Below, in pieces: positions 22,235 to 34,101 of a stretch of DNA of 64,000 bases (its first letter is position 1; each line of letters opens with the position of its first letter). The position numbers were made by a program, and so were the translations under genes. A model generated the notes under the pieces. That model was not told where the DNA came from, did no database searches, and saw nothing but the letters and a program-made list of their open reading frames with translations. The DNA is taken from the NCBI GenBank assembly GCA_024704765.1, contig JAKMXF010000365.1:1-64000 (forward strand), written 5' to 3'. This DNA comes from Oopsacas minuta (taxonomy: Eukaryota > Animalia > Porifera).

Positions 22235-25006
22235 ATGGCAACTCAAAATCCTGTTCCTCGCAGAGAGAAGAGGAGCAATAGATTATTCATCAAACATTTT
22301 ATGCACTCTCACTCCCTATTCGATATGAATCCAACAGCTGAGGTGCTATTTGACTTCACACCAAGGCAACAGCCGTTCCAGACGCCAGGGGATGACGTAC
22401 AGTTTCTGGAACTAACAAGGGGGCAGACAGTAAGGGTGAGTACCCTTTTAAGTTTGTATAACACCTATTGTAGCTATGATCTGTTTGTTTAGATTAATCT
22501 TAATGTTACGAGGAATCTCCAAAACAAAGATCTGTTATTTGGACAGATTATCCTACCGGACAATTCTAGCCAATCAGATAGTGAGGTGTCAGACGAGACA
22601 GGGTGCTTCCCTTCCAACTGTATCCTCCCTCACGCGGTGTACCGAATATTCCCTGAGGAATTAACCATGGACAAGTTCTTAGGGGACGGAGGCTTTGGGT
22701 GTGTGTATAAGTATAAATTCAAGGATAGAATGGTAGCTGTTAAAGAGATTAAAGCTAGTAAGTGGAACTAATTATACTCATAGTTTCAGTTTATAATTCC
22801 ATCTTTGTTTAGCTCAGCGTGTGTCTCTGGATCTTTTAAAGGAGGTTAATCATGAGGCTACAATTCTAGCTAAGCTGTCCTGTCTGGGATCACAAGATGC
22901 TCCACACACTAATTTGTGTCGTTTGCTAGGTGTTATGATAGATGTATCACATCTCCAGTACTCTCTTGTCCTTGAGTATTGTGCTGGAGGAGAGCTGTAC
23001 CATCTGTTACACCACAGGAAGGTGAGTGATCATTCATATGATTAATCCTATCATTACACAGGGTATATAGGTTACACTAGACAGCTACGGTCTGGTACTC
23101 AACTACTGTCTACAGATAGCAGAGGGCCTGGAATATATGCACTCTGCTCTGGATATTCCTATTATTCATAGAGACCTCAAAACTAAGAATGGTTTGTATA
23201 ATTAATATATGGAATGTGCATCTGTAAATATATTTCCGTTAGTGTTATTGAGGAGAGAAGTGGTCGCGACAGATCCTGCCACTTTAGAAGGTAACACCCT
23301 TAAACTTATAGACTTCGGTTTAGCTAGAGAATTAGCTAAAACACATCTGACTACAGATAAAGGTACATATGTATATATGGCGCCAGAAGCGATACGATAC
23401 AATCGCCACTCTGTGTCATCTGATATTTGGAGGTTAGATAAATCTTCTTGTTGTTTGTTTGTTGTTGTTTATTATTTACTCTCCAGTCTAGGTGTTATCT
23501 TCTGGGAGCTAATGGTACAAGTGTTCCCCTACCCTAACATTCCTGAGTTTGTGGTGTTGCTAGGTGTAGCTCAGGGATTAGTAGCACTACCACTTCCCGA
23601 CACATTCCCGACAGACTTCAGAAAGCTTTTACAAAGTTTGTTATTTGTTTGTTTTGAAGAATTGTTACTAGTTTGTTATTGTTTATTAATTAGGATGTCT
23701 AATGGTAGACAGCGAGAAGAGATTGGATATTTCTAGAATAGTCAGAGATTTGAAATATTTACAGAAACATAACAATAAATATCCAATAAAATCTGACACC
23801 TTCATAGAATTAAGAGAAGAGTGGCAGGGAGTAGCGAGTAAGGTGGATGTTAATCAATCAGAGCTTATAACAGAGGGACTAGGGAGAGACACGAGTGTTA
23901 GTAGGATGAGCTTCAGAGCTGTTAGTTCCAGTTCCAGTACCAAACAGAAAACATCTGTAATCACACACAAACAATCACAGATACTGGTAATACGTCACTA
24001 TTATAATTTACTTAAATAATATTGAATATTTATTTGTTAGGATTTGAAGTCCTCTCTTCCCTTGGGAGTACCTGACAGGAATTTGGAAGAAGAAATATCT
24101 AAAACACAAACAGAAATTTTGGTGAGTTTATTGTAAACAAATAAATAAACAAATATTGATTTGTTTATTTGTAGGATCTCAGGAATAATTACAGATTCTC
24201 TCACGCCGCTCAGTTCGCTTTAGCTGTCACTAAATTTAAGAAAATTGGCCGCCAAAGTAAAGACAACACCCAAGAACTGACCAATGGAATTGTAGAGTCT
24301 GACACGATTTGTGAAAAAGAAAATATTTTAGAAAACAATAATATTTTTTCAGAAAAAGCTAATCCGAATGAGCCAATCAGAACGCGAGGAAGTTTGATAC
24401 CAAGAGAAGAATTGGACTATTTGGAACAAGAATTCAAACTCAGACAATTACAACTTGAAGTTCGTATGTTTGTTTGTTTATATATTTGTTTACTTGTTTA
24501 TTATAGCTTGAAAAGACAAGACAGCTGGTGAGAGAGAGTCGTAAACAAGTTGCTCTATTAAACAGGAAGAAATTCAGATTTCCGTTTTTCAGTTAGTTTA
24601 TTTACAAATTGTTTGTTTATTTGTTTGTTTGGTGATTAATTCTAACACCTAGACAGTAGTAAACAACTACAAAGCAGCTTTGATGTAGGAATAGAAACTG
24701 ATCCAGAAATAGAATCAGCTGTTCAAGATCTTAAAAATAAACCAAGAAGTAAAAGTTTTGGGATTATCAATGGTAAATATTTATTCTCAGATTTTCACAT
24801 CTTTTACTTGTAATTCTATTTTAGCGCTCAAATCCAAATTCAAAAGAGTACCCAGACCCATACCCACAGATATTTCGCCTATTCAGGAAGTGGCAGAGCA
24901 AAATTTAACACCTCTAGCGGACCCCTTAGAGTCCAAGAGTCCACCTGCCCCCTCCTCCTCTGACCTCAAAGATAAGCCATCTCTCTTTAATAATTCCGAC
25001 CAATGA
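22235..25006 (+). CDS. Mixed-lineage-kinase-like (TKL/MAP3K9-11 type): SH3 + kinase + coiled-coil tail, multi-exon
   Basis: SH3-like AEVLFDF..LELTRGQTV..GCFPSNC; kinase LGDGGFGCVY, VAVKE, IIHRDLKTKN, LKLIDFGLARE, GTYVYMAPE, SDIWSLGVIFWEL, VAQGLVALPLPDTFP. Confidence 0.85.
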
Positions 25007-25317
25007 AATCTTTTCTGAGAACTTGTTGTTGTCAAAAGATTTGTAAATACTAACAAATATTTTATTGACCTGTTTTGTATTATTTGGTGTAATATTCAAT
25101 ATATACTGTACTTCTATCTACAGCTGTTATATAGGGATATGTCTCATACATTGGTCCTCTCTAATTGTCCGCTATATGACAATTAGAGACTCTCTGTGAT
25201 TATAATCAGAATAACTAATTAAGAAAAGGGAAAATATAAGATATACAAATTTCAAATACAATCTCAATAATTCCTTAGTAACATAACTATGTATTTGGTA
25301 TGTATATAGGTTACAGG

Positions 25318-25826
25318 CTACACCCTCTTGTATCCTGACTTTACAACCTTCATATTAGAACCTGTCCTACCACAACAGGCGGCGCCTAGACAGCAGCAAC
25401 AGAACAATAGAATAAGGAGAGGACACCCCACACATACTACACAACAAGCCATTATTCCTCCGACGATAGCTCCGATAAATGTCCTAGAAACATAAAAATT
25501 ATTAATTTGAACCAGTTAACACCTCAGAAGAGAGGACATGTTCCTCTGTTCCCATTAATTAATTAACTTACGGAATTTCATTACAGCATATAAAGTTAAC
25601 TCCGAAGTTACAGCAAACTTCAGGATATCTGTTTACGTCATCAGTGCTGTTACAAATAAATGATTGAGTGTCGTTCTTACACCTGAGGTCTGTATTATTC
25701 CCGAATATGCTGGCTAAACAATGTATATATAAATATTTACACCTTTGTAAATATGAATAACTCACATGCTTGAGCTGAATAAGCTAATGCCAGCAGACCC
25801 AATATGATTATAATTTTCTGTTCCAT
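25318..25826 (-). CDS. Shisa-like (C*C*CC*CC) single-pass membrane protein, 122 aa, 3 exons
   Basis: Exons 25826-25766, 25713-25572 and 25483-25318 with GT-AG junctions splice in frame to MEQKIIIILGLLALAYSAQASSIFGNNTDLRCKNDTQSFICNSTDDVNRYPEVCCNFGVNFICCNEIPTFIGAIVGGIMACCVVCVGCPLLILLFCCCCLGAACCGRTGSNMKVVKSGYKRV*. Confidence 0.75.
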
Positions 25827-26017
25827 ATTATAGTTCTAGTTCTGATTGCTACCCCACAAATAAATAGGTATATGTATGCATATATTCTCTGAGATATATG
25901 ATACTTAGTTTCGATGTGTAATAATAGCTTTTAAGTTATTACATTAATATTCATTTATTTAATTACAGACTCATATAAATATCCTAAGGTGTTAAGAATT
26001 CATTTATCGACACCTAG

Positions 26018-26018
26018 C

Positions 26019-26088
<70 letters not shown>

Positions 26089-26092
26089 ACAA
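26018..26092. repeat. (CAA)n microsatellite
   Basis: About 24 CAA units. Confidence 0.95.
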
Positions 26093-26567
26093 CTGACAAT
26101 AACAGTCAAAAATTTCGCGATTCAAATTTAGTATTAGTTTTCTGTGAAAAGACCAGGGATACCGCAGTATTTGTAGGCCCGAAATAATAATAATATAATT
26201 TACAAGTAATCCTGAGCACGCTCCTCCTCTTATGGGAAAGATCCTCAATTTTAAGGCTCCTAGATAAACCCTTACTCACACTTCTTTACTATTGAGTATA
26301 TCTTCTTTCCTTATAAGGAATTGTTTAGGATAATTATCATTTGTAATCATAATTATCAATTCTATAATCGTAATTATAACAGCTGATCTTATGTTTAATT
26401 AAATTAATTATTTTCAAAATATTCTACTAAGGAACACATTCCATTGGTCTGTGGTTGCTATGGTTATGAATCCAAATAACCAATCAGAAGAGATCTTATA
26501 AATAGAAGAATACAATTATGTGTTCCACCTCTGAGAGATTAATTAGTGATTATTCATATTAGAAGTT

Positions 26568-28031
26568 ATGTCTTTATTCCAGAAGAAAAGATCTGAAGCG
26601 GGTAAGGCGCGTGAATTAGAGAAACAAGAATCTAACCAATGGGAGAGAGATAAGGAAAAAGTATTTAATTCCTGTGTTTCTTTTAACGTTAAAGTAAGTT
26701 CTATTTATAGCTACATATAATTCTAATTATAGATTCCTTATAATATATTCTATTTTAGGTGTTGGGTGAGATTTCAGTTGATGAAGCTAGAGGTGTTGAA
26801 ATATGTGAATATGCTGTCAAAGATATTCCTTACGTAAGTGATAAATCGTACCAGTTATAAGAGGTGTGAAATTAATCTTATTTGTGGTTAGAAAAAGAAT
26901 AAAACAAGAGGACTACTGAAGATCTATGCTCACGGATTAACTTTAGTGGAAGAAAAATCTAGCGTAAGTAATTGAATTATAATTATGCATCATGAACCAT
27001 GGATACTATAAAGGTTCTATACTTATAGGCTCTGTTAATTAACCAAACAATAGAGAAGGTGTCATTCTGTTGTGCGTTGCCTAGCAACGACAGAATATTC
27101 ACATATATAGCTAGAGATAGCTTCACGAGACAGTGGTTATGTCACGCATTTGTAACCACTAAAGGATTATCGGTAAGTATTTGCTTAACAACTATACAGG
27201 TGAATTGGTATGTTACCAACTGAATATAGGCGGATAGAGTCAGTCACGCGTGTGCCTGTGCGTTCACGGCTTGTCTGCAGAAGAAGCAGAGAGAGAGGAC
27301 TAAAGCTGGTCTGGCTCCTCTTGGGGACACCCTCAATCCTAACTCTACACAGACAGGACTAGATATGAGGAGGGTAAAATCCTCTGGAGAGATCCTGGAG
27401 AGTACCAACAGGTCCAAACAGCTGACTATGGTAGCCCCTCTGAAACCCCTAGGAGGGTCCAGAGGTGACCTCTTGGAGGAGAGCATGGAGGTCCGAAGTG
27501 AGGCCGCTAGACGGGCGTAAGTACGCAATTCGATGGTAAATATTATGTATTTATAATGGTTACTATAGAAACGTAAAGTTGCTGTTGGAATCTACAGAAG
27601 TTAACGGACATACTAAACAGCTATACCCGCCTGAATTACAAATTCCTGCCTCCCCTAAGAAGACCGCCCGTCAATTTGAAACTAACTTTACCTGTAAGTT
27701 CCAATTATATTCTATTATTCATAAATTAATAAAATAATTAGCTATAGAGAGGAACAAGCAGAACAGGAGATCACTACCCGACAGATCCAATATTCCTCAA
27801 GTTATAGACAGCTCTCCTGTAGACCCGTGGGCACCTGCTTACTCCCCAATCAAGAAACCATATCTGGACCCATTCGATCCTTTCTCACTGATGAATATTT
27901 CAGGAAATACTAATCAACAGCTGGGGCCTATCATGACGAATTCTAATTTCAATCCTTTCTCTAGCTGTCCCATGGAGACCTCAGGTTTTGACACCTTTCC
28001 TAAAAAGAACAGGAACAATCCCTTCCTGTAA
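26568..28031 (+). CDS. NUMB: Numb-like PTB-domain endocytic adaptor, multi-exon
   Basis: NQWERDKEKV..CVSFNVKVLGEISVDEARGVEICE..LLINQTIEKVSFC..RIFTYIARDSFTRQWLCHAF..DRVSHACACAFTACLQKKQRE matches the Numb PTB. The tail carries DPW, DPF x2 and NPF x2 (ends NNPFL*). Confidence 0.9.
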
Positions 28032-28226
28032 TTGTTGTTGTTTATTTGTATGTTCAATGGATAAATATCTTATTTTTATGATTCTAATATTTATGCCAAT
28101 TATTAAATTGTATAAAGTTGATTGGACCAGGGATAAGCTAGCGATATGATTGGTTGAGTATAATTGCTGATAAATAAATAAAACTAATAAATACAAAGTA
28201 AATAAAACTAATAAATACAAAAAAAG

Positions 28227-31200
28227 TTAATAAAACAGATTTGTTTGTTCTGCAAAATCTTCCATGTAGTGTCCAGGGGGCTTCCGAGGAGGCTTGACAG
28301 CGGCCTGGCGCATAGCAGAGGGGTACCTCTGAGGGGCAGGAATATACTGAGGCATGGGTACATACTGCTGGGGGTAGTATCGGGGGATGACAGGGGGGTA
28401 TGGACCAGGGATATAGGGGGCGGAGTACTGCTGGTATTTCTGGGCTGCTTTCTGCTGCTGGTGAATAGAGGCAGGAACAGATCCAGTCTGTATAGTCCTG
28501 TGTACTACTACTGGTTTCCTGTGTTTACTCTCTTTCCTGGAAACAAATAATTTTACAAATATGCTATACAATGATAAATCATATTTACTTGTCAAATATT
28601 CCAAATATTCCTGTCTTCTGTTTGTCCTTAGGAATGTGATGTGTAGCCACCTCTGCTGAGAATGACACGTTCTTTTCTACTTGACTGTCCGGTACCTTCT
28701 TCCCTAGCAACCAGATGGAATGTGTAACATTTGTTAAATCAGGATAGTAACATACCTTTGTCTTTCCTCTTGTCTTTCCTCCGACTCTTATCCTCCTCAA
28801 TATCTTTGCTCTTAGATCGATCAGCTGAACGCCTCAGTCTTATTCTATCTTTAGATTTATCTGTTCTATTTATAGCTACTTTAGCTTTATCAGCTGATTC
28901 AGATATTTGAGCGGGCTTGACAGGTGATTGGTTTTTAGAGCTGAGCTCAGTCAGCTGTTCTCTGGTACGTCTCACATGTGCTCCCTCCCTCAAATTCCTC
29001 AGAGAAGGAGAATCTATAAATAGTAACACTTCAACCAATAATATTACAGAATTTAATTTACCAATAAACTAACCGAAAATATTTCTAACTTGAGTCAGCT
29101 GTTCGGATTTCTTAACTAAACTACTGACTACTCCTTTCTTTATGTCTTCAAGTGGCACACCTGTCAACTGTGCAACTTTATTCACACCTTTATCTTGTGC
29201 AACTTTACTCTCGGGTATGACTGGTATTTTTCGTTCTGGGGTATGAATCTCAGAATCCCGCGTTTTCTCAGAAATTGCGCGTAAATATTTCCACCCCTCA
29301 CTTGCCCGCTTAGGTACTACAGGATCCTCTACAGAGACCTGCTTCTCGAAATGAGAGATGTGAGCTAATACTCTCCCCTTCGGAGCTGTCGGAGTATCCT
29401 CTGCCACTTCTGCCACTTCTGCCACTTTATTGAGAGGTGTCACAATAGGAGAGGGGGCTACAGGTGGATCAGGTGCTAGGGTATCGTCCTCAGAGGACAC
29501 GTAGCCCTCTGTAGCCAGCTGTGCATGTCTCATAGAGTCTGCTAAACTGTCCTGTAAGGAGATCCTTGATCCTCCGGACAGATCTATCCCTTTAACATCC
29601 AGACGGTAAGGGCTCCCTAAATATACAAATAAATATAGCAGTATACCCTAGCAACTAATATACATACCTGGAATGTGTACTCCTGACCATTTAAGTGCTA
29701 TAATGAAGCTCCCAGAACTCTTGGGTTTATATCTACAGCAGAGGAGCTTAGTGTCCTCTGGTGTAGGGTCTACATACACCACAAGTGAGGTGTTAAATCC
29801 CTCAACACTCACAGCTAGCGCTCCTCTGCCCGCACTATGAGTAGACACGAAGAACTCTGTCCTATCTCCTACCTATATACATTCCTTATGTCATATCGGT
29901 AACTAAGTTAATATTAAATAAACTAACCATCGCCTCGTGTAGACCGGGGCCATAAGCTCTACATTGAGAGGGGTCTGTATCACTTGGTACTATCTCTACG
30001 AAGAACGGTGAATCAGCTGATTGTTTGTCTCCATATCTGACACTAACTGAGTATACTCCTACTTCAGGCGGATCTATATTCACCTATGCAATTAGATGAA
30101 TTAATTACTTCAGTATAATTAACATTACAATGGTTAACCTGATAGAATCCTTGTCTGTATTGATGCATTATAACTCGAGCAGTCAGCTGATTAACCTCAC
30201 AAACAGCTGATACAGACAGCTGACTAGCAGGAGAGCTAGTAGCATCTACAGTAAAGTCTACAGGCTGTCCTAGTGTGAACTTCATGTCAGGATTGAGGGC
30301 GGGACCTGAGAGGAGACAGTCCGTGTCCTCCTGGCCCATATTTTGGTGACAACTGACTTTAAAGGGAGAGCCTATTAGGTACAGGAGTTAACAATAACTA
30401 TCAGCTGTAATTTTATTGGTTAACAAACCTGATATATGATCTCCATCCATTGACACCTCTACCAAATAGGCGCCAGGTCTCTTGGGTGTGTACTCTACCT
30501 TATAGTCTCCCTCTCCCCTCTCCACCAACCAGTGCTGTACCTCTCCGTGTATAGAATGTACTTTAACACCTAAGCGACCGGATTCCAAAACATCGGAATG
30601 TTTAGACCGGATGTAGAACTCTGACAGAGTACCTACACAACCAAATCATCATTCAAGTATGTTATATAATATCATCATTAGTACAAACACACAAACAAAT
30701 ACCTGACACAGCTCTCTGTAGCCCTGTTCCATAAGCATGAGTATTCATAGAATCACTAGCTATAACCTCTAAATAGAAAGGACTATTTTCTAGTTGTATA
30801 TCTCCTAGTAACACCTCTAGCTCGTGTTCTCCTGACTCCCAGGGTGTGAAAGTTGCTACAGTGTGGCCTAGACCTCTAATAAACAAACAAGCAAACAAAT
30901 AAACAATAAATATTTACACATCGTATAATACTAACAACAACAGAATTCCACAAACTTTATAATGTGGTTGTTTTATAAATGTGTCAGCTGTCACAAATAT
31001 ATTAATACTTACTCTTCTTGAGTAGCTACTATGTACTCAGCTGTTGGTCCCCTAGCGGACACTTTAATCGTGATGTCATTATTCTCACATACTCCTGCTA
31101 GCTCGTACAGAATAATAAACTCCAATTCCTCTCCCACGACTCCTAGCTCCCCCTCCAGGGCTGTCCCGCTCACTGACACTTGAGTTATGTCACATACCCT

Positions 31201-33794
31201 TACTCTAGAAATATACATGTAGAGGATATGCGTACCATAGCGTATCCTAGCAACCACTCACCTGAATGGGGAGTTAGGAATGTGATCAGTCCCCCATTTG
31301 AGAGAACACACAAATTCCCCTAAACTCCCGGGCAACAGAGTAGCCACAATGGTATCTTCTGTTCTATTAATTTGACAATCAATTCCTCTGTCACAATTGA
31401 AGTGTAATTGGGCGGGACCAGCTGTTGCAGCGGTAAGTGTAATTTTCATTGGGCAGCCAATTTGCATACAATTAGGGAGACATGAAGGGGACAGGAGGAT
31501 CAGCTGATTAGCATCTGAGACAGGGAGGAGGACAGGAGACCCTGCGATATGTATCTCCCCTGCTAATAGGCTTATCTATAGAATAACACATTAGAATACC
31601 TATTGTATGTTAAGGTAACTAGGATAGTACGAATACATTATTCCCAACATCTTATAAGTCAATCACATACCTTATACATTCCTGTGTTGTCAGGAGTTAC
31701 CCACACATAACTGTAGTTCCTGTGAGTCTCAGTAGCTACAGATAGAGGTAGCCCTGTCTCTGAGTGTTTAGCCTCCACAGACAGCTGGGTCAGACGACCC
31801 TGTTTGGACCTGACACACAGACAAATAGCCTCTCCTACTTTAACACCTGGTAGGTGTCCTGTCTCTGGGTCTCTGGGAGCGTCTAGATGGTATGAAGGGG
31901 GTAGGACAGCTGACAGCTTAAGGGGGGAACCTCGTATAGGAACATTATCCCAGAGGATGTGTAGTGTGATATCTCCCTCATCCTAATATAGTATCATTAA
32001 GATTTCTACTGACAAATACAAATATGTAATCTAACCTTAGGATGAATACAAATAGCTCGAATGCCATTCTGCCTAACAACGCTTGTCAGGTGTATTGATA
32101 TATTATTTGAGTAAATTACTTGTCCTGTCAATACACCCTCTCCTGCTCCATCGGTACTTACCAACACCTCGTACTCTTTGGATACCTAGCAACCGCGTAG
32201 GAATTCAAACATATCATAAATATTTTTACCCATAAGTGATCGGGTTGCTAACCACCTGTATTTCTTCATGAATATTCTCTACTAGCTTTACTGCAGTAGG
32301 ATCTGTTACTAGGATACGGTATGGTGAGTTAGGAATGTGTTCTCCACTCCACTTTATAGCTATATATAATACACCACTTCTACTAGGCTTATAAATGACA
32401 CTAATAATCTTGTTATTATGATTAATTGAGTGATCTAACACCTCTCCTTTATCATATCTATAATTTGATTATATAAAATGTAGGATAATTCATTGGTTAA
32501 TAAACTAACTTAATTTCTATAATCAGCTGTCCTCTACCAGCTGTTTGGGTGTTAACAGTAAAAGAGCTAGTCACTCCTACACTACAGGAAGTGATACCTC
32601 TGCCAACAGCTGAGCAGTTATCAGCAACAGACCCTACCCTAGCATTCTTAATCTGTAATAGGAATGTTTGTAAAGAGATAAGATCTACTTTTCCTTCCCT
32701 GAGTTCTCTGGCTGTTATTATCGGTGATATTTCTAATTACATAATAATAACACAATATACTATACACATTCCTACTAACCAATCATATCTCTAAGGAAAC
32801 TAAACATCTCAGAGAGGTCTCGTAATGTCCTCTTAGCCTCCGGACACTTAGCTAGGACCAGTCTCCCCAAGAGATCTCCGTTCCTCCAGTCCTCGGGGGA
32901 TAGTCCTCTGGGGGCAGAAGACCCTAGTAAGCCTCGTAACCACACAACTAGGGAAGTAGTCATAGCAACAAGGAATAGAGATAGGTATGTAGCTAATGAT
33001 TCCTCATCTAATGAACAGCTGCTTAGTGATTCAGCTGATAGAATATCTTCAACACCTAGCTCTCTATTAGGAACATTCCTTAGTTACTAAGGTAACAACA
33101 ACAACAACAACAACAACAACAAACCTCTTAGCTGTGAATATCAGCATAGCATGGTTACCATGATTCAGTGAGGAATGTGTAGGAGATAAATAGGAGATTA
33201 GTTTATATAGGAACATTCCATTATTCCAACTCGTTGCTAGGTCAGGAATCTATAAAGAACAAATAAATCAGCTGTTATATGTATAATCTATAATTAGTAA
33301 CATTTTCAGACGGTAAGACAGATCGTATCCATAGGAGGACAGATTTCTTGGACCCTGATCTCTTGGTGTCACCTGACAGCTGGTAGCGGACTATCATACT
33401 CCAGAGGATACCTGCTAGTACCTCCGGGTCTCCTCTGAGTACATCTTCTGGTCCTATTGGTTATATTAGTATATAACAACAAATGTAAGGTGTGAATTAT
33501 TTACAAACCTATCCTCTGTACCCTAACACCTTGTTCCTGCATAACACTCAGACAGGTGTGAATATTTTCTATCTTTCTAGATCTTACTCTAGGCTGATAA
33601 TGGATTTTGATTGGTTCCTTGAGTCTCATAAGGGAACCACACAACTCAGCTAATAGGACCCCATCACTGAGTCCAGAGGACAGATCCGTGACTACTCTCC
33701 TCTCTGGAGGGAGGGGGGACCTAAATTGGGCCTCTCTCAGGTGGTAGTTGGTCCAACGGAGAAAGGTGTCTAGTCGACAGGGAAGGGTATCCAT
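28227..33794 (-). CDS. Filamin-family protein with three CH domains, several Ig-FLMN repeats and a long low-complexity C-terminal tail (jitterbug/FLN-2-like architecture)
   Basis: CH1 LDTFLRWTNYHL..DLSDGVLL..KIENI; CH2 VLLWIRSVLP..SWNNG..DEESLATYLSLF; CH3 LVVWLRGLL..DWRNGDLLGRLV..VDLISLQTFL; Ig repeats with IKWSGEHIPNSP, LKWGTDHIPNSPF and VRYGDKQSADSPF. Exon boundaries only partly resolved. Confidence 0.82.
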
Positions 33795-34101
33795 TCTAAC
33801 AGTTGGAGTGTTAAGTAATAAGTAAATAACAGTATTTACTAATATTTCTCAAAATCAAATAAGTAATATAATCTTAACAGTATTGATAACAATAAATGAA
33901 CTAAATTCATGTGATTATATCGGAACTGAACTATGTTATATCGGAACTAATGGTGTAGTCATGTTAGTATCAAATGATATCAACATATCATATGAACATA
34001 ACTTATGACCACGCCAGTTACTAGGAAAATTTAAACCCAGAGGTAGTAATGAGTTCTTATAAATACTAAACAAACAAACAAACAAACAACAAACAACAAA
34101 C

